Under the pieces are notes generated by a model. The model did no database searches, was not told where the DNA came from, and saw nothing but the letters and a program-made list of their open reading frames with translations. Position numbers and translations under genes: made by a program. DNA of 64,000 bases from Lytechinus pictus (lineage: Eukaryota): contig NC_087247.1 in assembly GCF_037042905.1 (NCBI RefSeq), positions 21,266,001-21,330,000 of the forward strand, written 5' to 3'. How positions within the stretch are numbered: position 1 is the stretch's first letter; each line of letters begins with the position of its first letter. Below, one piece after another: positions 49,211-64,000 of the stretch.

Positions 49211-49414
49211 ATATAGCTACACAATCGTCGTTAACCGTGAAAATGAAATGAAGAAAATAAACAGAAAATGAATTTATTTCTACCAGACATATTAAACCAT
49301 ATATCTATTTAGTCTAAAATGCCCCTTAAGCAAGGGTTGACTCTACAGGGGTCAAGTGTGACCCAAACCTATGATTTTTTTTTTAGTAGTGAAAAGGGGG
49401 AAGGGCAGAAACAA

Positions 49415-49565
49415 AGAAAATGGGGGAGGAAAGAGAAAGAAAAGAGAAAGAAAAGAAAGGGAAAGAAAAGAGAAAGAAAAATGGAAAGAAAAGAGAAAGA
49501 GAAAGAAAAGAAAGGGAAAGAAAAGAGAAAGAGAAAGAAAAGAAAGGGAAAGAAAAGAGAAAGAG
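49415..49565. repeat. Polypurine (GA-rich) tandem repeat, unit about 32 bp
   Basis: Repeats of AAAGAAAAGAGAAAGAGAAAGAAAAGAAAGGG. Confidence 0.9.
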
Positions 49566-49818
49566 CGGGTATCACAAATATGTGTATTGGTCGTGTAATT
49601 ATGAAGGACATCTTACCTTCCCTCTATCAAAATACCCTTGTGCCGCCCCAGTATATCCAATATCATTTCAATGTTTTATTCATGAAAACGAACAGCTATT
49701 GAGAGTGGTTAACGTTGTACAATGGTAAAGAAGACAGTGATTCAGGGTCAGCTCAACGAACTTTGCAAAGTGTTGACGCCCTCTAGGTTCGTTGGGTCAC
49801 GTATTAAATAAATTTCAT

Positions 49819-58010
<8,192 letters not shown>

Positions 58011-59604
58011 TGTTCTTCACCCAAATTGTTTATCCACAGCGAAAGATTATTTAAGACTATTATAGACAGAGTAAAATGCAACTTTCTGCCTGAAAATTTA
58101 CCAATCAATATGCATTTCTAATATTTCACCTGCTGGTGACTGTCAAAGGTCTGTACCATACCAATTCTATTCTCAAATACAGTGATGCAGCAATTTATGA
58201 TGTGATTTGTTTTATTGTTTTATTCATATTCCATGCAGTCGCTGGACCGGTGACGAATGTATTCACGTGGGTATTGTATGAGAATAATAATGGGTCCAAG
58301 TTGAACTTTGAACTGTTTTGGCCTTTAATATTTGTGTCTTTTCCGCTGGATCCAATTGTTTGCTTTTATCCCGGTCTGAACCAACAGTGGCGTACTGGAG
58401 CTAAATCTTGAGGGGTTGAAGTGTTCATGCTATAATAAAACTAATGATATTTAGGTTAGAAATTGCGTCTGTAAAATAGCTTTTATACACGTGTTACTGC
58501 ATAATGTCAAATATGTGTAGTAGAGTTAGTATATTATTTGATTACAAAATGTCAACTTTTAAATCAAAGAGGACTACGTACGTAAGCAAAATAAACAAAG
58601 AAATTGTGTTTGCCTTGGTTGAACAGTGAATGGTACAGTGGCCCGGTTCAAAAAGAATTACTACTATTATTACTTTGTCCTTATTGTAAGTACCATAGAA
58701 ACCTTGACTGTGATTGGCTGCTGAACAGTATATATTATCATGGATTCATGGCACTTGCCATAATGGAAGAGTTATAACAGCTGTACACTTAAAACTTTTA
58801 ACAACATACTGTCCACACAACTATCGACTAAAATATGTTCAAATTGAGTAATAAAAACTAATAATTGGGTAATAAATTTGCTCAGTTGGATAATAATTGC
58901 CCAGAATATACATATATTTACGAACATACATTACACAACACAGTGGACAGTATTTTGCCCAACATTTTAAGTGTGTAGGCCTAACTCTTGATGAAACGAA
59001 TACGAGTGATATTACGAGGTGGATGTGACGCAGCAGCCTGCAACAAGACTTTGAGAAACATAACATGCGCGTATTATGGGGGTTGCTTTCGGGGTCCGGG
59101 CCCCCGGGTAGGCCAAAAAGGGGGCGCCAAAAAGAAGAAGAAAAGAGAGAGAGAAAGGGGGAGAAAAATGAGGGAAAGAAGAAAACAAAGAGAAAAATGA
59201 GAAAGAAAGAGAGAAGAAAAAAAAAGAAGAAGAAATAATATTATCGATTATTATGATTTCCTATTAGTATTAATATTGTTACAATTCTTTAAATTGAGGT
59301 CAATTCCTGTTTTAACTTGATATCGATGTATAAAACCTCTTTCTTTTTCCTTCATTTCTTTATCTTACTATGAGATAAATCTTGCTATTTGTTCCTTTTT
59401 TTCCTGATGTTTCACTTTTAGCATTATTTGTATTTTAGTTTTGCTGTATATAATTACATGTATTCCTAATTATTTGTAATCTTTTCTTTTAATGTGTGTA
59501 TATTTTCTTTATGCAGGACCACCATTATGTGAAACAGCCTGTGAGCTGATTAATGTTTTATCCTGTTGAAAGATGTTTTAATAAAATAAAAATAATAAAT
59601 AAAA

Positions 59605-60378
59605 AGGGAGCACCGAATTAATGATCGAACTAGAGGGCGCCGAGTTGATGTTCGATCTAGGAACGCCGAATTGATGTTCGACATAGGGGGCACCGAATCT
59701 ATGTTTTTCTAGGGGCGCCGAATTGATGTTTGGCATAGGGGGCGCCGACTTGAAGTTGGACAAAGGTGCACCGAATTGATCTTCAATCTAGGGGTGCCGA
59801 ATTGATCTTCAACCTAGGGGAGCCGAATTAGAGTTTGATAGAGGGGGCGCCTAATTGATCTTCATCCTAGGGGCGCGCCGAATTTATGTTCTACCTAGGG
59901 GCGCCGAATTCACGTTCAACCTAGGGGGCGCCGATTAGATGTTCGACCTAGGGGCGCCGAATTGATGTTCTACATACGGGCGCCGAATATTCAACATAGG
60001 TGCCACCGAATTGACGTTCGACATTGGGGGCACCGACTTGAAGTTGGACAGAGGGGCACCAAAGTGATCTTCAACCTTGGGCCCGCCGAATTTATGTTCT
60101 ACCTAGGGGCCGCCGAATTGATTTTCCACCTTATGGCGCCGAATTGGAGTTTGATATAGGGGCACCAAATTTATGTTCAACCTAGGGGGGCGCCGAATTG
60201 ATGTTCGACCTAGGGGCGCTGAATTGTTGTTCGACATAGAAGCACTAATTTGATGTTTGTCCTGAGGCGCCAAATTCATGTTCTACCTAGGGAGGGAGCG
60301 CCAAATTCATATTCGACCTTTGGGCGCAATTTGATGTTTGACCGGGGGCGCCAAATTCATGTTTCACATGAGTTTGGC
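59605..60378. repeat. Minisatellite, unit about 26 bp (TAGGGGCGCCGAATTGATGTTCGACC), roughly 28-30 copies
   Basis: Degenerate head-to-tail units with no unique spacers. Confidence 0.92.
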
Positions 60379-60379
60379 G

Positions 60380-61340
60380 CTCGTGCTTGCCTCGAATGCA
60401 TAGTTAGATGCTCATCCTGTTCATGATTACAAAAAGTGGTTAGGACCTCCAAATTTTAGGTCAGAATATCAAAAACTGTCATCTCGTTCTTCTCGTTTGC
60501 ATCAATTGTTTAGTAAGGTGACGATTGGTCCTGTTCATGTTTAGATAAATGCTTAGAATGTCAAACCTTGGGTCGAAATACCCAAAAAAATTAGCTCGCG
60601 CTTCGCGCTCGCATAAGAGCGAAGTTTTCTCAGTCGGTAAAGTGTCTGCCTGCCGAACCAAAGATCGTGGGTTCGAGTCCACCCCGGGCTGATGACCGAA
60701 GCCAGCGCGTTGTGTGTAAACGTCTCTTCCTTGTTTCATAGATGCAGGCTATGTTACAGTGGAAAACACTTCGTCCCTCGGATAGGACGTTAAATGGAGG
60801 CCCCTTGTAGAGGAGAGTCATCACCTTTGCACGTTAAAAACCCACTGCACTATTCGAATAAGAGTAGAGGGAAACCCCGGTGTAGTGGTCCACCTGCATT
60901 CCCCCAATTATGTTCATGGTTAGAAAATGTGCTTAAAATGTGCAGCTTTTGGTCGGAATATCAAAAAATTTAAGCTCGCGCTTCGCGCTCGCATGAAATT
61001 ATTTTTCAGATACCCATTCTGTTCATGATCACAAAAAGTGCTAAGAACGTCCAAAATTAAGGTAATAATATCACAGTTCTTCATCTCGCGCTTCGCGCTC
61101 GCATCAATTGTTTAGATAGATACCCATCCTATTCATGGTTACAAAATGTGCTGAGAATGTCCAGTTTTGGGTCATAATATCAAAAATTCTCAGCTCGCAT
61201 CAATTATTTTCATAAAAATAGCCATCATGTTCATGGTTACAAAAAGTGCTTAGAATGTTCAGTTTTGGTCGGAAATAAAAAAAATTGCGCTTTGCGCATG
61301 CATATACCCATAATGTTCACGGTTACAAAAAGTGCTTAGA
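60380..61340. repeat. Degenerate tandem repeat of about 100-115 bp with CTCGCGCTTCGCGCTCGC motifs, interrupted by a SINE
   Basis: TTCATG(A/G)TTACAAAA-like motif near 60421, 61022, 61132, 61231, 61316; CTCGCGCTTCGCGCTCGC near 60595, 60975, 61085. Confidence 0.8.
60620..60905 (+). mobile_element. tRNA-derived SINE with Deu/Nin-domain-like core, 3' truncated
   Basis: CTCAGTCGGTAAAG ... GGGTTCGAGTCC head; core TCGGATAGGACGTTAAA...TTAAAAACCCACTGCACTATTCG...AAGAGTAG...CCCCGGTGT resembles the recalled DeuSINE central domain. Confidence 0.75.
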
Positions 61341-61506
61341 ATATCCGATCGGGAAACATATAGATGAAAATATCCCCCCCCCCTCCTATTAGGGAAAGTT
61401 GGATCCGCCCTTGGTAAAGAATGTCAGCTACCGCTCACATATCTTTGTTAGGCCTACTCTGATGAGAAGCTGAAACCTTTAAGTGCTTAAAATTATATGC
61501 TTTCAG

Positions 61507-61638
61507 GAGCCTTTTCATAAAACTGATCGTAAGTAAAGAACGACTGGTGATCCTTTCTTTTAAGAGCGTAAAATCGTTTAAAATTCACCATTCGTTCTTA
61601 AAGTCGCTCTTAACTTACGAGCTTTATGAAACACCCAC
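61507..61638. mobile_element. Diverged copy of the 18502-18681 palindromic MITE
   Basis: Shares AAGAACGACTGGTGATCCTTTC and CGTTCTTAAAGTCGCTCTTAACTTACGA...TTTATGAAAC; CAG/CTG flanks. Confidence 0.8.
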
Positions 61639-63070
61639 CTGATTGCATTTATTCTTTTCAAAAAGTTGTATTATGACGACATATTCATGGATATTTCTTT
61701 TTCATGAACACATTTTTCAAAAAGTGGTCTTCGATTGCCCTTTTTTCACGTGATTATTAAACAAGATAATTCAATATGCATTTAAGGCACCTATCTTAGC
61801 CTGGCGGGAGAGGGAGGGGCGCCATTTTCCAAAAGTTCACAGGGGCACCAAAATTAGTTCGGCCCCCCAGGGTGCAAAATCCTGGATATGCGCCTGCATA
61901 ACTAAATCGAAAATAATCCCGGGCAGTTTTAACACAAACAATTTCGATTTGAACGACACGTGATCTCATTTGCCTAGAAATAAGTGATAATTGATGATTA
62001 AAATAAGCTACTAATGTCTACGATTTCTAAGTGAGAGTACACCACACCATAAATGCTAGTGAGGTATCCGTTTATCGTAACGATGTGTCAATCAACACCT
62101 ACACGCCTCGTGCTCCATGTCGGAGGCATGGTGTATGATGAACCATGCATTTCGTCTACCGTACGGTATAACTTTCTTCAGTAGCATTTTCTACTTTGTC
62201 AAAGAGAATTCTTTTAAAATAAAAATCCATTAAAAGAAATAAATACAAATACGTATGTGTTCTTATAGATAAACAAATGTGAATTGTGTTCAATAAAATC
62301 AATTTCTTTCCTATTCGTATCACTGGTATATATGGCATAGATTAATTTGGTTGTACACACAAATTAAGAAGAGAAAATGCTCATTTTTGCCAATGGGAAT
62401 AATACAAAATTATTCATATTTTCGTTTGGAAATTATCTACGTGCTCTACAAGCATAATGTTTACACCAGGTGTGCCAGAACAAGTAATAAAGTATTGTTT
62501 TCTTAAGAAAATTGGTAAATGTCTTTTTTAATTGGGACCAATATCTCTGAGAATATTACATAGTTGGGAACAGGCTTACTGCATGGTGATCTTAAAGCAG
62601 GCTACGCTTCGTAGGAATCAACTTTCATTTTAATCAAGTAGAAGTCAATAGATATTGATAATGTGATGAAATTGAAGGGATAAAAAGAAATCGACGAAGG
62701 CAAGCAGGCTAATTGTGGTATTCGCGATATGAAACGTCTCAGCGTGGATGCGCACGCACCATTATATCAGCATAAAATTGAAAACATGATCTCGGTAACA
62801 CTTATCGTGAAAGGGTGTCACTCGATTCATCCCTCCTCAAATTTCATGGTCTTTCTGCAAGTATAGGGCCTTAGGATTGACCTCTGCGCATAAACTTAAC
62901 CCTCTTTTCTGTTCGACCGGTTGTGATGCTGAACTCGCATCGCAGTGCATCGATCCACGGTTAACAGACAAAAGATCCCTGCATGCGAGTGTTTTTAGCC
63001 TTTGTGTATTTCGGAGTTTCGTCCTTTTGTCACCTTTCCCTTCATCATCTTACAACCACTTTACAAAATT

Positions 63071-63235
63071 ATGGAGCAGGGCGGAATAAATTTCGATGAA
63101 ATTTTGTTGAAGGTGGGAGAATTCGGTCGGTACCAGATCTACATTTATAATATTCTTTGTCTCTTCATGTTTGTCCCACCTTGGCACACTCTCGCTATTT
63201 ACTTTCTCTCTGGTACAGCTGAACACTGGTGTAAG
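63071..63235 (+). CDS. First coding exon of an SLC22 / organic cation-anion transporter family (MFS) gene; the rest lies beyond the window
   Basis: MEQGGINFDEILLKVGEFGRYQ + hydrophobic segment + EHWCK, then an AAG|GTAAG donor. F-D/E-x-I/L-L-x-x-V-G-E-F-G-R-Y/F-Q and HxC are the characteristic SLC22 N-terminus. Confidence 0.88.
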
Positions 63236-64000
63236 GTAAGATATAAATTCTTTCAGCGCGTGCGTACCTGTATCTCTTGTGGATAACTCGAACATCATAC
63301 AATTTATATGAGTAATGAGTGTAACATATCTGCTTCATAGGCATGTAATTATCACCTGGAATCACAGAGGGATACATATATATGTACATGCATATCATTA
63401 AAAGACTGTAATCATCGCGTGTATTTAGTAAAGAAGATAATATGTATCAAATGTTGTGCATATACTAACAGGAATATAGATGAAGAAAGATTACTATTCA
63501 AGGAAACTGGCGTAGGATATTTGATGACATTCGATGAGACACAATTTAAATGAATATAATGTGACACTACAATTGATAATGACGGATTTGATTTAATTTG
63601 TAAATATAAGAATCGTATTGTTTATCTATGAGAGTGACATAAGGAAAAGTGATCAGGAAAATATTTTTCTTGAATCAAACAATCAAAGTTGTTGTTTTCT
63701 ATATTTGTATGGTATAGACCCCATATATAATTCAAATGTAAATAAGTTAAGAAGATCATATAAACGTGTCTTAAACATCGATTTTGTTTTACTCTTATGT
63801 AGATTGGGCATTCGATTTATTCATTGAAATGCCCATTGCACATGTTAGTAAAAAGAATGACAGCAGCATATGCGTTTACGAGTGTAGAAGATGAAATTAG
63901 ATGAACCACTGCAGCAGAATATGAAAGGATTAGTATCACGATGGAAAATGACAGAATATAGGATTGTTATAGGTTCTTAATGGGTTAATGGTCTTTAAAT

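Noticed and set aside
49319-49728. Lys/Arg/Glu-rich ORFs
   Set aside because: Translation of the polypurine repeat.
59605-60378. CRISPR-like array
   Set aside because: Units are contiguous and degenerate with no unique spacers, there are no cas genes, and the context is eukaryotic; it is a minisatellite.
60620-60690. tRNA gene
   Set aside because: Head of a SINE inserted in a tandem repeat; acceptor stem not formed.

Overview
AT-rich, intron-rich animal DNA; the repeat families and gene style suggest a sea urchin or other echinoderm (inference). About 58 kb is a head-to-tail array of five minus-strand paralogues (A-E) of a secreted alpha/beta-hydrolase of the carboxyl/cholinesterase family. 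A is cut off by the window start; B-E can be assembled exon by exon with GT-AG introns and no frameshifts or premature stops. All five have a signal peptide, oxyanion hole and GESAG serine; B-E also show the catalytic Glu and His, the three cholinesterase-type disulfide pairs and a separately encoded C-terminal Trp-heptad peptide resembling the AChE/BChE T (WAT) tetramerisation domain. All five have a shortened first disulfide loop lacking the choline-binding Trp. The first coding exon of an SLC22-type transporter lies head-to-head with the array at the right end. Introns and intergenic DNA are packed with non-autonomous elements (TTAA-flanked Kolobok/T2-like MITEs, hAT-like and Harbinger-like MITEs, Helentron/HINE-like repeat elements, tRNA-derived SINEs). 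Most notable non-coding items: a SINE-like element with a 7SL/Alu-domain head, a complex inverted-plus-tandem duplication in intron 2 of A, and a gene-conversion-like tract between C and D. All family assignments are by eye and from recall; no searches were run.
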